Below the pieces are notes generated by a model, which had not been told where the DNA came from, ran no database searches, and was given only the letters and a program-made list of their open reading frames with translations. Below are positions 30,236-40,049 of a DNA stretch of 64,000 bases, piece by piece. The stretch comes from Chloroflexota bacterium (lineage in GTDB: Bacteria > Chloroflexota > Chloroflexia > QHBQ01 > JADMIH01): contig JBDTQH010000015.1 in the NCBI GenBank assembly GCA_039932335.1, forward strand, positions 23,416 through 87,415. The letters run 5' to 3'. The translations under genes were made by a program, and so were the position numbers. The number at the start of each line of letters is the position of its first letter. The stretch's first letter is position 1.

Positions 30236-30441
30236 CCCTATTCTGAACACTTACAAACAAAGCGAGCTCAAGATAAGATGAAAGTACGTGCTGCCTCCCT
30301 CCGGTTTCAGACATATTAATCTATACCGCTCGACGCGCTTGCCGAACGATATTGATTGGGACATAATGCATCATGCCCGATAATGCTCGGCCATAAACGT
30401 CTATCTATAGCGAACCCTTTCTGGGGCTGTTATTCGTCAGA

Positions 30442-31452
30442 ATGCTAATGCCGCCTAAAGCACCCGTCTTTTCCATTGTCGTACCTGCGTACAACGCGGA
30501 AGCCACGTTGCGCGATTGTCTGCATGCCCTGACCAAGCTCAAAATAGATGCGCCCCACGAAATCATCCTGGTGGACGACGGTTCGACCGATGCCACACCT
30601 CATATCGCATTAGAGTTTACGCCTGCCGTCAAGCTTCTCCAGCAACCCCACAGTGGCGCGTCAGCCGCCCGAAACGCCGGGGTGGCTCAGGCAGAGGGCG
30701 AGATCATCCTATTCACAGACGCCGACTGTGAGCCTGTGCCCGATTGGGCTTCAACTCTCGTAGCCGCCATACAAAACGGTGCCGATGGCGCGAAAGGCAC
30801 ATACAGGACGCGCCAGAGTAGCCTTGTTGCCCGCTTTGTGCAGGCCGAGTACGAAAGCAAGTACCGACGCATGGAGGGCCGCACAGAGATAGACTTTGTA
30901 GACACATACTCAGCGGCCTACAGGCGCGAGATACTGCTGGAGGCAGGTGGCTTCGTTGAAGGCTTGCCATTTGTTGAAGACCAGGAACTCTCTTTCCGTC
31001 TGGCGGAATCGGGTTACCGCCTTGTCTACGCGCCCACCGCCATTGTATACCACAGGCACGTTGCCTCCCTTACCAACTACATCCGGCGCAAATTCGGTAT
31101 CGGCTACTGGAAGATATACGTCGGTACACGACACCCAGGGCGTATGATAAACGACTCCCATACACCCCAGAGCATCAAGCTGCAAATGCTGCTGGTAGCA
31201 GGGGCGTTGGCCTTCGCTGCCGTTCCCATTTCAAGGCTTGCCCGCCGCACCTCCGCTGCCTGCTCAATGGGCTTCCTGGCGAGCACCCTCCCTTTCGCGG
31301 TAAACGCAGCCCGCCGCGACCCTACCGTGGGCGCGGTAACTCCGTTTATGCTGCTGTTAAGGGCGGTCGCCCTCGGTTGCGGGCTTGTTACGGGTCTCGT
31401 GCGGCTATTCTTTATACACGTTCGCACCCCTGGACATAATCAAGTAGAATAA
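30442..31452 (+). CDS. GT2 glycosyltransferase with C-terminal TM helices (GtrB/DPM1-like polyprenol-phosphate sugar synthase)
   Basis: FSIVVPAYNAE, DDGSTD, FTDADC motifs of GT-A family 2 plus two C-terminal TM segments. Confidence 0.8.
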   Translation: MLMPPKAPVFSIVVPAYNAEATLRDCLHALTKLKIDAPHEIILVDDGSTDATPHIALEFTPAVKLLQQPHSGASAARNAGVAQAEGEIILFTDADCEPVPDWASTLVAAIQNGADGAKGTYRTRQSSLVARFVQAEYESKYRRMEGRTEIDFVDTYSAAYRREILLEAGGFVEGLPFVEDQELSFRLAESGYRLVYAPTAIVYHRHVASLTNYIRRKFGIGYWKIYVGTRHPGRMINDSHTPQSIKLQMLLVAGALAFAAVPISRLARRTSAACSMGFLASTLPFAVNAARRDPTVGAVTPFMLLLRAVALGCGLVTGLVRLFFIHVRTPGHNQVE

Positions 31453-31457
31453 GTGCC

Positions 31458-33266
31458 ATGACGAACCACCGGCCTGAGCCTGAGGAGGGAGAGCGCATGA
31501 CTGCCGCCAGGGTCGTTTTCCATAATCACGCCTATACTACGCTTATGGACAAAGCACGCGCCGCGATGCCCCGTGAAACGGTGGGCCTCCTCACGGGCAG
31601 CGTACAGCATGAGCCAACCGGGCAGGCACTTATCACAGTAATGGAAGCCCAGCCCCTTGGCCTCGGCACTACTGGCGACAGATTGGTGCCCGGTCCTCAT
31701 ATCATTGACGAGGCCCGGCAACAGATAGCCGGGCATGATGCCCAATTAGAAGTGGTCGGCTGGTTCTATGCCGACCCGGGCATCGGCACCTTTCAACCAC
31801 GTCTCTCAATAGAGGATATGCAGAGCGCCCTTCCCTCCAAGGCAACACTCTTGCTCCTTGTGAATCCTTTCACCGATCAGGGCGCATTTTACTCGTGGAA
31901 TGGCTTGCAATTTATCCCCACAGAAGCCTCTTGCAAAGCAGTACCCGATAAGAGCCTAGCACGCGTCATGACATGGGGAGGGCAAGTGCACGGCGCGAAC
32001 GTCTGGCTTGGCGCGCTGCTGGCCGCCCTTCCTGCACACGACGCCGCCGAAGAGCAGAGGTCTGTGGCGACCACAACTGTCGCCCAACCCAATAAGGCAA
32101 GCTACAGTCCCGGCACGATAACAGAGGAGATCCCTTTACCCATCGAAAACGAACCCAACGAACAGGATACTCCGGAAAGCGCCATACCTGCGGAGGAAGA
32201 CTCTGACCCCCTGGCCGATTCAGAGGATAAACCCCTCCTTGCAGCAGACGAACATAACCCCGACTATGCGGTGCCCATCTTCGTTGAAGTAATCACTGAA
32301 GAGCCGGTTGAATACCTGGCCCCTGAACGTCCCATTGCGACCGGCGATCTGGACCCGGCCGTCGCAGACGCACCGACGGACCGAGGGAGCGACACCCTCC
32401 CCTATCCCATTTTCGCAGAACCTGATGAAGACGACGAGCCGTTCCCGGTGAACGAACCCTGGAACACGGTCCCTTTCAAGCGCGGCCTCCTAACTTCCCC
32501 CGATGCTGATGTTGATGCCGCCAACGACCCTGCTGAAAACCAACAAACGGAAACAGCGCAGCCCACCGGCCTGCATGATTCCGGTAATGCACCGCCGAAT
32601 AGTGCACCCGAAACAGACGCCTCAGACACCGTAGACGATACAGGAGATGCAAATAGCTCAGTCGAAGCATTACCCGAACCCGCTGCGGAACCTGAGCAAG
32701 CAATCCAGACCGGGAACTATGGCACCGGACCTTTAGGGCCTGAACCCGAACTTGACCCACTAACAGCCGCCGGTCCCGTAACGGGCGAATTCGCTACAAT
32801 CGAGCCTGGCGAGCCGGAGGCAAACGGGAACATGGTGCCCGCCTCCCGCAGCCTTGTCACAACTATCCTCACTCCTCCTGCACACTCGGATATACAACCT
32901 GTGTTGCGGCGCAAGAGCGGCAAGGAGGCAGTGCTGGCTGTTGGCCTCTTCCTGGCGCTCGCCTTCATAGGTGCGATGGCCCTGGCAGGCGCGCTGCCAA
33001 AGCAAACCGCCGCGCCCGCTGCCGGTACCACGCCTACACTACCGTCTTTGTTAGAGCAACAAACCCCCAGCGGCCTGTTCTCTAACCAACCAACCGTACC
33101 CGCTCCCCCTGCTACAGGCCAGCCCGAAGTGGCCCCTGAAGCCGAACCCACCGACCCATCGGCTACCCCAACAGCTCAGTCCTTCGCGCCGTACGGCCTT
33201 CGCGCCAGGCACAGCACAGACCCATCATGGTCAGGACAAACAGGTGGGAGCCACGATAGACGGTAG
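31458..33266 (+). CDS. Membrane-anchored protein: N-terminal MPN/JAB-like domain lacking the HxH metal site, long acidic/Pro-rich disordered region, single TM
   Basis: E...GWFYADP...SIED aligns to the JAMM core E...GWYHSHP...SxxD with both His replaced; low-complexity region about 200-450; TM AVLAVGLFLALAFIGAMALAG. Confidence 0.45.
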   Translation: MTNHRPEPEEGERMTAARVVFHNHAYTTLMDKARAAMPRETVGLLTGSVQHEPTGQALITVMEAQPLGLGTTGDRLVPGPHIIDEARQQIAGHDAQLEVVGWFYADPGIGTFQPRLSIEDMQSALPSKATLLLLVNPFTDQGAFYSWNGLQFIPTEASCKAVPDKSLARVMTWGGQVHGANVWLGALLAALPAHDAAEEQRSVATTTVAQPNKASYSPGTITEEIPLPIENEPNEQDTPESAIPAEEDSDPLADSEDKPLLAADEHNPDYAVPIFVEVITEEPVEYLAPERPIATGDLDPAVADAPTDRGSDTLPYPIFAEPDEDDEPFPVNEPWNTVPFKRGLLTSPDADVDAANDPAENQQTETAQPTGLHDSGNAPPNSAPETDASDTVDDTGDANSSVEALPEPAAEPEQAIQTGNYGTGPLGPEPELDPLTAAGPVTGEFATIEPGEPEANGNMVPASRSLVTTILTPPAHSDIQPVLRRKSGKEAVLAVGLFLALAFIGAMALAGALPKQTAAPAAGTTPTLPSLLEQQTPSGLFSNQPTVPAPPATGQPEVAPEAEPTDPSATPTAQSFAPYGLRARHSTDPSWSGQTGGSHDRR

Positions 33267-36024
33267 CCGAGCGGCGATGGACGTTGACGTAACAGCCGCG
33301 GCGCATCAAGCCCTACCCGCAAATAAGCCTGCTGCACGCTCTCATCTAGCCGGATTGGTTTTCTTCGCGCTTCTGAGCCTGCTCCTCCTTGGGATTGTCC
33401 TCTGGACAGGCTACTCCACGGCTGTCAACAGGCGCTACGAAGCCCTGAACAACACCTCCGGTGAGATTCTGGCGGGCGGCAGCGTCGGCCAGACTTTTGT
33501 GGCTCGCTACAACAATCTCGACTCTGTTGACGTACGCATCGGCACTTACGGCAGGCAAGCCGACCCCAGCCGAGCCACGCTGGTGCTGCACCTGCGCGCT
33601 GACCCCTCCTCTCAAACCGATATAGCGACCGCCACACTTCCACCTTCAGTTGTGCTTGTTGAGAACGGCTGGTATCGCTTTACCTTCGCCCCCATTGGGA
33701 ACAGCAAGGGTAAGCCTTACTATGTGCAGGTCGATTCCCCCGGCGGCCGCGTGGACAACGCGCTGACCCTCTACTGGTTCAAGCCCAACCCGAGGGGCGA
33801 CCCCTACCGGAATGGCACAGCCTATCTCAACGGCCAGCAGGTAAAAGCAGACCTCACTTTTGGCACCGGATATTCCGCGTCGCCCGTAGAGGTATGGCTC
33901 TCCATGCTGGGTGAGGCGTTAGCTAATTCGTCTGCCATCGTCATTAGTCTGCTGCTGACGGCTGCTCTGGCCGGAATTATGTGGGCGCTCAGCCTGCTGC
34001 CGCGTATGGTGCGCGACCCCGTGAAGATCCGGCGGTCGCTGCTAAGATGGTCGCTGCCGTTGGTGCTGGCAGTCGGCTTCGTTAATGGCCTCCTCTATAT
34101 GCTGGTCGTGCCTCCCTGGCAAGGGCCGGACGAATATACGCACTTCGCCTATGCCGCCCTGCTCGACAGCCACGATCTTGATGACCGCAAAGTTGAGGCG
34201 CTCGACCTGGCGGGTAAAGATCGCGACACCGCACTTATTGACGCGGTCAACGCCTCAGGCAACAGGCACGACTTCACCCGCCGGTTTGCAGGCTCGGTTG
34301 CGCCTGGCGAGCCCACGCGGGTCGGGCCATTCATATTCCAGCAAACCCGCCAACCCGCCACCTACTACTGGCTCTGTGCGGCCGCCTTGCGCATAGCACG
34401 CGCGGTGGGCATCCCCGCCGACCCCGTGGCTAACCCTGAAGCGGCCCTCATGGTGATGCGCTTTGTGTCGCTTCTGCTGAGCATGGTCGTTGTGGCGCTT
34501 GCATGGCTCTCCGCACTCTTCCTCTGGCGCAACGGTAATCAGTGGCTTCAATTGCTCCTGCCGCTAACCGTGGCCCTACTGCCCATGCACACCTTTATCG
34601 CGACGGTGGTCAACAATGACATCCTGGCCGAAGTCGCTGTATCGGCGCTCTTTGCCTCGCTTGCAGCCTTGCTTCGCTGGCCCAACGGTCTCCGAGGCGT
34701 GTGCATAGCCGCACTGTCCGCCGCCATCACCATCGCGACAGTCGCGACAAAATCTACCGCCACAGCCGCCGCTCTGCCCCTACTGGCAGGAGGTCTGCTC
34801 ATCTGGGCTGTGCTGCTCTTCAGGCAATGGCGCGCCAACAGAGCAGAATCTCTCACCCCACAGCGAAAGAACAGAACGGCCCTCCTTTACCTGCTTCTCG
34901 TTTTCGCCATTGTCGCCATTCCGCTCCGCGCCTTCCAACAAGATGCCGAGCACGCTGCGGGTTGGTTCACCGGCTACGACCCGATCCAGCGAGCCGCGAG
35001 AGTAGAGAGCGCCACCGCCCACAACGGCACTCACGCAATAGAGCTAGGCGGCAGCGGACCAACCACAGCGGTACAGAATCTTCTCCCGCCACTCTTTCAC
35101 CCCTCACTCGACGTTGTCTTCACCGGCTATGCGCGCCTTGCTCCCGGTCAAACCGCCCGGAACGTGACCGCTCGGCTGGTCGTGGTTGACATAGATCGCG
35201 AAGCCGCTGTGGGGGAAGCGCAGCTTGTGACGGCAGGTGAGTGGGTTCCGATCAGGGCCGCAGGACGCGTCAACGAGAGCGCGGGCCGCGTGACACTCCG
35301 CCTTTCTGTAATGGGAGGCCCCGCGCCGGTCCAGTTTGATGAGCTTGCACTGTCAATTCAGGGTGTCAACGGCCCCTGGAGCGACCCCATTTACAAGCCT
35401 GTCGTAGTAGATTCCTCAGCAGAGAACCCGCCCATCACGCTGAGAGAGCCGCTAGACAAGATCGTGCCGGGCGAGATACGGGCCATGCTCGATGTAGTTG
35501 CCAACGGGCAGGCATTCGACAAAATCGCCCTCTGGCGTGACTACGCCTACCAGCAGTACCGCTCCTACTGGGGCAATTTCGGCTGGCTGACCATGTATCT
35601 GCCGCCCATCTTCTACACCCTGCTCGATTTGCTGGTTCTCCTCTCCCTTATTGGCCTTATCACGCTAGCTATTCGACGCAGAAATCAGCCGAATAATACG
35701 CTCACCTGGCTTGGTGTTGTCTGCCTTGCCACGCTCGCCGCCACCATCCTCATCAGCTTCGCCAAGCAAATGATGCTAATGGCCTACACCGGCCTCCCCG
35801 CCTACCCCCAGGGCCGCTACCTCTTCGTCCTGATAATCCCCACAGCCTGGCTCTTGCTCACCGGCCTCTCCGAAATCCGGCATCTGATCCACAGCCGGTT
35901 CCCCCGGCAATCGGCCACCACCAGCACCCTCCAATCCATAGCCGCTCCACTCTACGCCACCATCCTTGTCTTCTTCACAACCTACAGCCTGCTGGCGCTT
36001 ATCCTGCCGTTCTACTACGGGTGA
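33244..36024 (+). CDS. Large polytopic membrane protein, GT-C-like glycosyltransferase candidate (926 aa)
   Basis: More than 12 TM; first extracytoplasmic loop carries PPWQGPDEYTHF (a DE-type motif as in ArnT/PMT GT-C enzymes); soluble beta-rich domains inserted. Confidence 0.55.
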   Translation: MGATIDGSRAAMDVDVTAAAHQALPANKPAARSHLAGLVFFALLSLLLLGIVLWTGYSTAVNRRYEALNNTSGEILAGGSVGQTFVARYNNLDSVDVRIGTYGRQADPSRATLVLHLRADPSSQTDIATATLPPSVVLVENGWYRFTFAPIGNSKGKPYYVQVDSPGGRVDNALTLYWFKPNPRGDPYRNGTAYLNGQQVKADLTFGTGYSASPVEVWLSMLGEALANSSAIVISLLLTAALAGIMWALSLLPRMVRDPVKIRRSLLRWSLPLVLAVGFVNGLLYMLVVPPWQGPDEYTHFAYAALLDSHDLDDRKVEALDLAGKDRDTALIDAVNASGNRHDFTRRFAGSVAPGEPTRVGPFIFQQTRQPATYYWLCAAALRIARAVGIPADPVANPEAALMVMRFVSLLLSMVVVALAWLSALFLWRNGNQWLQLLLPLTVALLPMHTFIATVVNNDILAEVAVSALFASLAALLRWPNGLRGVCIAALSAAITIATVATKSTATAAALPLLAGGLLIWAVLLFRQWRANRAESLTPQRKNRTALLYLLLVFAIVAIPLRAFQQDAEHAAGWFTGYDPIQRAARVESATAHNGTHAIELGGSGPTTAVQNLLPPLFHPSLDVVFTGYARLAPGQTARNVTARLVVVDIDREAAVGEAQLVTAGEWVPIRAAGRVNESAGRVTLRLSVMGGPAPVQFDELALSIQGVNGPWSDPIYKPVVVDSSAENPPITLREPLDKIVPGEIRAMLDVVANGQAFDKIALWRDYAYQQYRSYWGNFGWLTMYLPPIFYTLLDLLVLLSLIGLITLAIRRRNQPNNTLTWLGVVCLATLAATILISFAKQMMLMAYTGLPAYPQGRYLFVLIIPTAWLLLTGLSEIRHLIHSRFPRQSATTSTLQSIAAPLYATILVFFTTYSLLALILPFYYG

Positions 36025-36037
36025 TGGGGATGTGAAG

Positions 36038-36057
36038 CGTAAAACGTAAAACGTAAG
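36038..36057. repeat. Tandem heptamer (GTAAAAC)x2, left arm of an inverted pair
   Basis: cgtaaaacgtaaaacgtaag; its reverse complement partner lies at 36177-36205. Confidence 0.7.
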
Positions 36058-36135
36058 TACGGGGTTGAAACGCCAAGTCGCCATGTTGTAACGGGTTTAA
36101 CAAATTGCTTTGGCAGTCAGTCGTCAACACGCTCT

Positions 36136-36169
36136 TGACCCCTGACCCCTATGCAGTACGCAGTACGCA
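36136..36169. repeat. Heptamer doublets TGACCCCTGACCCCT and CAGTACGCAGTACGCA
   Basis: Each is an exact copy of a 15-16-mer found elsewhere (56048-56062; 15450-15465). Confidence 0.7.
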
Positions 36170-36176
36170 ATAGCTC

Positions 36177-36205
36177 ACGTTTTACGTTTTACGCATTACG
36201 TTTTG
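36177..36205. repeat. Tandem heptamer (CGTTTTA)x3, right arm (reverse complement of GTAAAAC)
   Basis: cacgttttacgttttacgcattacgtttt. Confidence 0.7.
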
Positions 36206-36239
36206 CTCCTCACCATTGACACAGCCACTCAACTGTGAT

Positions 36240-36510
36240 AGCATACAGACTAAGTGAATAAGCCCGCGATGAAGTGGAACAGTAAACGTAGCAAGGGTTA
36301 CAGCGAACCGGGGAGAGTGCAAGCCCGAAGACACCTGCCACGTCGAACCCGTCACGGAGCGGTCCGCCGAAGAAAGTCCAAAGACGAACAAGTAGGATGG
36401 AGTGGTTGGTCACCACGCACAGAATAACCAGGAGCGGTCACAGGCCACAAATGTGACAATTAGGGTGGTACCGCGGGAGTCTTTTTGATGCTCTCGTCCC
36501 TTTTTCCGGG
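36240..36510 (+). promoter_or_regulatory. T-box riboswitch leader candidate
   Basis: aattagggtggtaccgcgg (36458-36476) matches the T-box consensus AAUUAGGGUGGNACCGCG; ~220 nt of GC-rich structured leader upstream; U-rich tracts follow; about 110 nt before the ATG of the next gene. Confidence 0.55.
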
Positions 36511-36621
36511 GCGATGGCATTTTTGCTTTTAAGGCACCTTTTCTTCTCGCCTCGGCGGCTCATAACCAACTGCGTATTCCGTAACCGGAGCGCACGACGT
36601 AGACCACAAAGGAGAAGAGAG

Positions 36622-37710
36622 ATGCTAATCAAGCTAGACAAAATCTCATCGGTCACCGCCAGGGTCGGCCTCGGCAAGCAAGTAGAATTGGGCGACACCA
36701 TTGCCGCTGAACGAGGCGCGGTAATTATCGTTGAAGCCCTGGAAGAGAAATCAACATACGGCGAGCTTGAGCTACTCGGCGGCAGGATGGCACGCATCAT
36801 CAAGGGCGACGTCATCGCGGGCGTACTGGGCGAGAGGCAGGCGCTCAAGGGCTTCGTCGGCTCTATCCCGGAGCGCGTCGAAGTAGGCGATGTTCTCCAC
36901 ATCCTCAACATGGGCGGCGTGATCGGGCTTTGCCACTCCGCCAACTCCGATTTCGGCAAGGCGCTCCAGGTGCGCGTGCTCGGCAGCGCGCTTGTAGACG
37001 GCAAGCAGGCGAGCATCACCGACAATGCCATTGCGTGGAGCACCACCCTGCAAGAGTCCGCGCCCATCATCCTCATGTCGGGCACCTGTATGCACGCGGG
37101 CAAGACCACTGCCGCCTGTGAGGCCATCCGAGTGCTTACCAGCCGGGGTTACAGGGTCGCCGCCGCAAAGCTCGCGGGCGTCGCCACACAGCGCGACCTG
37201 CTAAATATGCTCGATCACGGCGCTGTCACTGCCCTTTCTTTCAGCGACGCGGGTCTGCCCTCCACCACCCACACCGACTCCTGCATTGTGCCTGCCGCCA
37301 AAGGCATCCTCGCTGCCCTCAATGAGGAGCATCCTGACGCCATAGTGGTAGAGTTCGGCGACGGCATCATGGGCCATTACGGTGTGGATCTGCTGCTCAA
37401 AGACCGCGAGCTTATGGGCCATGTGAAAGCCCACGTCCTTTGCGCCAACGACCTCGTAGCGGCATGGGGTGGTATACTTTACCTTGAAAGCCTGGGCGTG
37501 CAGGTTGACTGCATCTCCGGTCCTGCCACCGACAACAGCGCGGGCATCGACTACATAGAACAGCGCTTCGGAAAGCGCGCCGCCAACGGCCGAGTCGATC
37601 CGGTTGGGCTTGCTGACCTCATAGAAAGTGGCATACACAGCGTGGAATCACACATCGATTTCACAAGCAAAGAACAGCAGTTGATTGCCGTACGGAAAGA
37701 AGTGGCATAA
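36622..37710 (+). CDS. Conserved protein of unknown function, first gene of the arg operon (possibly a DUF1611/DgcN-like acyltransferase - uncertain)
   Basis: 363 aa; AAAGGAGAAG RBS; stop overlaps the argC start (TAATG); no ArgJ (ATML) or ArgA (GNAT) signatures; GTCMHAGKTTAA P-loop-like segment. Confidence 0.6.
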   Translation: MLIKLDKISSVTARVGLGKQVELGDTIAAERGAVIIVEALEEKSTYGELELLGGRMARIIKGDVIAGVLGERQALKGFVGSIPERVEVGDVLHILNMGGVIGLCHSANSDFGKALQVRVLGSALVDGKQASITDNAIAWSTTLQESAPIILMSGTCMHAGKTTAACEAIRVLTSRGYRVAAAKLAGVATQRDLLNMLDHGAVTALSFSDAGLPSTTHTDSCIVPAAKGILAALNEEHPDAIVVEFGDGIMGHYGVDLLLKDRELMGHVKAHVLCANDLVAAWGGILYLESLGVQVDCISGPATDNSAGIDYIEQRFGKRAANGRVDPVGLADLIESGIHSVESHIDFTSKEQQLIAVRKEVA

Positions 37711-38789
37711 TGCAACAAGGGATGCAAACAATAAAAGTGGGGGTCCTGGGAGCGTCGGGGTATATCGGTGGCGAGGCATTGCGCCTGCTGCTCGGCCACC
37801 CGTTCGTTGAGGTGGTGGCCGCGACCTCTGTCTCGAACGCGGGCCAGCCGGTCACCGCCCTGTTACCTCACCTCGCCAGGCTAACCGGCTTGATTTTCAC
37901 AGCCGACATCTTGCCTGAGCAGGCAGCAAGCCTCGACGCAATCTTCATGGCCCTTCCCCACGGCGGCGCTTTAGGACGTGTGCCTGAGCTACTATCGGCG
38001 GGCGGCTCAGGAGGCCCACGCGGCGATGGGCCCGTTATCTTTGACATGAGCGGTGATTTCCGTATCAAAGACCCTGCCACATTCCAGCAGTACTATAAGC
38101 TGGAGCAGACCGCTCCCGATGTGGCCGCCTCTGCTGCGTACGGTCTGACCGAATGGAACCGTGAGGCCATAAGAGAAGCCCGGCTGGTGGCCTGCCCCGG
38201 CTGCTTCCCGACCGGGGCGCTCATGGCCCTCACCCCTCTTGCCCGCGCCGGGCTGCTAAATGGGCCTGTCATCATCGACTCCAAGACAGGCTCATCCGGG
38301 TCGGGCAAAGAACCGGGCGAAGGGACACACCACCCCACCCGCTCGCAAGATTTCCGAGCATATGGCGTCTTTAATCACCGCCACAGGCCCGAGATCGCCC
38401 AGGAGCTAAACAAGTGGCTGCCCCGGAGCAACCAATCCTTGCAGGTCACCTTCACGCCTCACTCCGCGCCAATGGTACGCGGCATCTTCACCACTGCCTA
38501 TGCATTTCCCGGCCGCCCCGTCAGCAAGACCGAGTTGCGAGACCTGTATGAAGAGGCTTATGGCAGCGAGCATTTCGCGAGGCTGACAGACGCGCCCCGC
38601 GTTGCCGTGGTCGCGCACTCCAACTTCTGCGACATCAGCGCGGCCACCGACGAGGAAGGCACAATCATAGTAACGAGCGCCATAGACAATCTAGTAAAAG
38701 GCGGCGCGGGTCAGGCTGTACAGAACATGAACGTGGCCTTCAACCTGCCCGAAAAGCTGGGCCTGACCTTTCCCGGTACAATGCCATAA
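37710..38789 (+). CDS. argC: N-acetyl-gamma-glutamyl-phosphate reductase
   Basis: VGVLGASGYIGGEALRLL NAD-binding motif; ArgC/LysY family along its length. Confidence 0.9.
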   Translation: MQQGMQTIKVGVLGASGYIGGEALRLLLGHPFVEVVAATSVSNAGQPVTALLPHLARLTGLIFTADILPEQAASLDAIFMALPHGGALGRVPELLSAGGSGGPRGDGPVIFDMSGDFRIKDPATFQQYYKLEQTAPDVAASAAYGLTEWNREAIREARLVACPGCFPTGALMALTPLARAGLLNGPVIIDSKTGSSGSGKEPGEGTHHPTRSQDFRAYGVFNHRHRPEIAQELNKWLPRSNQSLQVTFTPHSAPMVRGIFTTAYAFPGRPVSKTELRDLYEEAYGSEHFARLTDAPRVAVVAHSNFCDISAATDEEGTIIVTSAIDNLVKGGAGQAVQNMNVAFNLPEKLGLTFPGTMP

Positions 38790-38852
38790 CATCAACGATA
38801 TGACGCTAACACGCGGCGGTCTGCTGTTGGCCGTCGTCCTCGGAGGAGAACC

Positions 38853-40049
38853 ATGACAACCACGGACACAGCAATTAACCGCGATGCCGTAATTGAAGAA
38901 GAGACGGCTGCCCAGCTAGGAACCTACGCCAAGCTGCCTATCGTTGCTGTGCGCGGCGAAGGGATGATGATATACGACGCCGACGGCACAGCCTACTACG
39001 ATTTCTACTGCGGCCACGCCGTCACAATCACAGGCCACTGCCACCCGCGAGTGGTATCCGCCATACAGGAGCAGGCCGCTCGCCTCATCTTCTACTCCAA
39101 TATCGTCTACAACGACGTGCGCGCCGGGTATTCTGACAAGCTGATTGATAACGCGCCGGAAGGCTTCGGCCAGGTCTTCTTCTGCAATTCGGGAGCCGAG
39201 GCCAACGAAACCGCCCTCAAGCTATCGCGCAAGTTCACCGGAAGACCCACCATTATAGCCATGGACAGCGCGTTCCACGGCCGCACAATGGGCGCGCTCG
39301 CCATGACGCCCAACCCCAAGTACAGGGCAGGCTATGAACCGCTACTTCCGGGCGTGGAGTTCGCACCGTTCGGCGACCTTGCCGCGCTCGAAGCCATGAT
39401 GAGCAGCGATGTGGCAGCCGTGATCCTGGAGCCGATCCAGAGCATCGCGGGCGTTCGCATGATGGACGCCACCTACTACCACGGCCTGCGCGAAATATGC
39501 GATAGGCACGGCGCGCTCCTCGTCTTCGACGAAATCCAGACAGGTTTGGGGCGCACAGGCAAAATGTGGGTAGGCGAGCACTGGGGCGTTATCCCCGACA
39601 TCATCACACTCGCCAAAGGCATCGCCAGCGGCGTTCCAATGGGCGCGACCCTGGTCTCCAGCCGTATCGCCGCCACTGTAAAGCTGGATGAGCACGGCTC
39701 CACGTTCGGTGGTGGGCCGCTTGTTTGCGCTGCCGCCACCGCTACCCTCGACGTTATCCTCGAAGGCGATCTAATCGCCCACGCGGCGGCAATTGGTGGC
39801 CTGATAAAGCAAGAGCTGGTTCGACTACCTCACGTGCGCGAGGTGCGCGGCATGGGCCTGCTCCTCGGCCTCCTGCTCGACATCCCGGCTAAAGAAGTGC
39901 AGGCGGCCGCCCTCAAGCAAGGCATAATCCTCGGCACCTCCGGCGACCCCAACGTACTGCGCGTCATGCCCCCGATGGTAGTGACCACCGAAGATGTCGA
40001 GCACCTTGTAGCGGTCATGAGCCGGATACTCACGACATACAGCACCTGA
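38853..40049 (+). CDS. argD: Acetylornithine aminotransferase (class III PLP)
   Basis: Class-III aminotransferase motifs (DEIQTGLGRTGKMW, TLAKGIASG). Confidence 0.9.
   Translation: MTTTDTAINRDAVIEEETAAQLGTYAKLPIVAVRGEGMMIYDADGTAYYDFYCGHAVTITGHCHPRVVSAIQEQAARLIFYSNIVYNDVRAGYSDKLIDNAPEGFGQVFFCNSGAEANETALKLSRKFTGRPTIIAMDSAFHGRTMGALAMTPNPKYRAGYEPLLPGVEFAPFGDLAALEAMMSSDVAAVILEPIQSIAGVRMMDATYYHGLREICDRHGALLVFDEIQTGLGRTGKMWVGEHWGVIPDIITLAKGIASGVPMGATLVSSRIAATVKLDEHGSTFGGGPLVCAAATATLDVILEGDLIAHAAAIGGLIKQELVRLPHVREVRGMGLLLGLLLDIPAKEVQAAALKQGIILGTSGDPNVLRVMPPMVVTTEDVEHLVAVMSRILTTYST

Noticed and set aside
31458-33266. An active JAMM deubiquitinase/peptidase
   Set aside because: Both zinc-binding histidines of the HxH motif are substituted, so only a degenerate MPN-like scaffold is supported.
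36458-36476. A cobalamin or other riboswitch for the structured leader
   Set aside because: No B12-box (GCCACTG) or other riboswitch core was seen. The exact T-box consensus is the only strong match.
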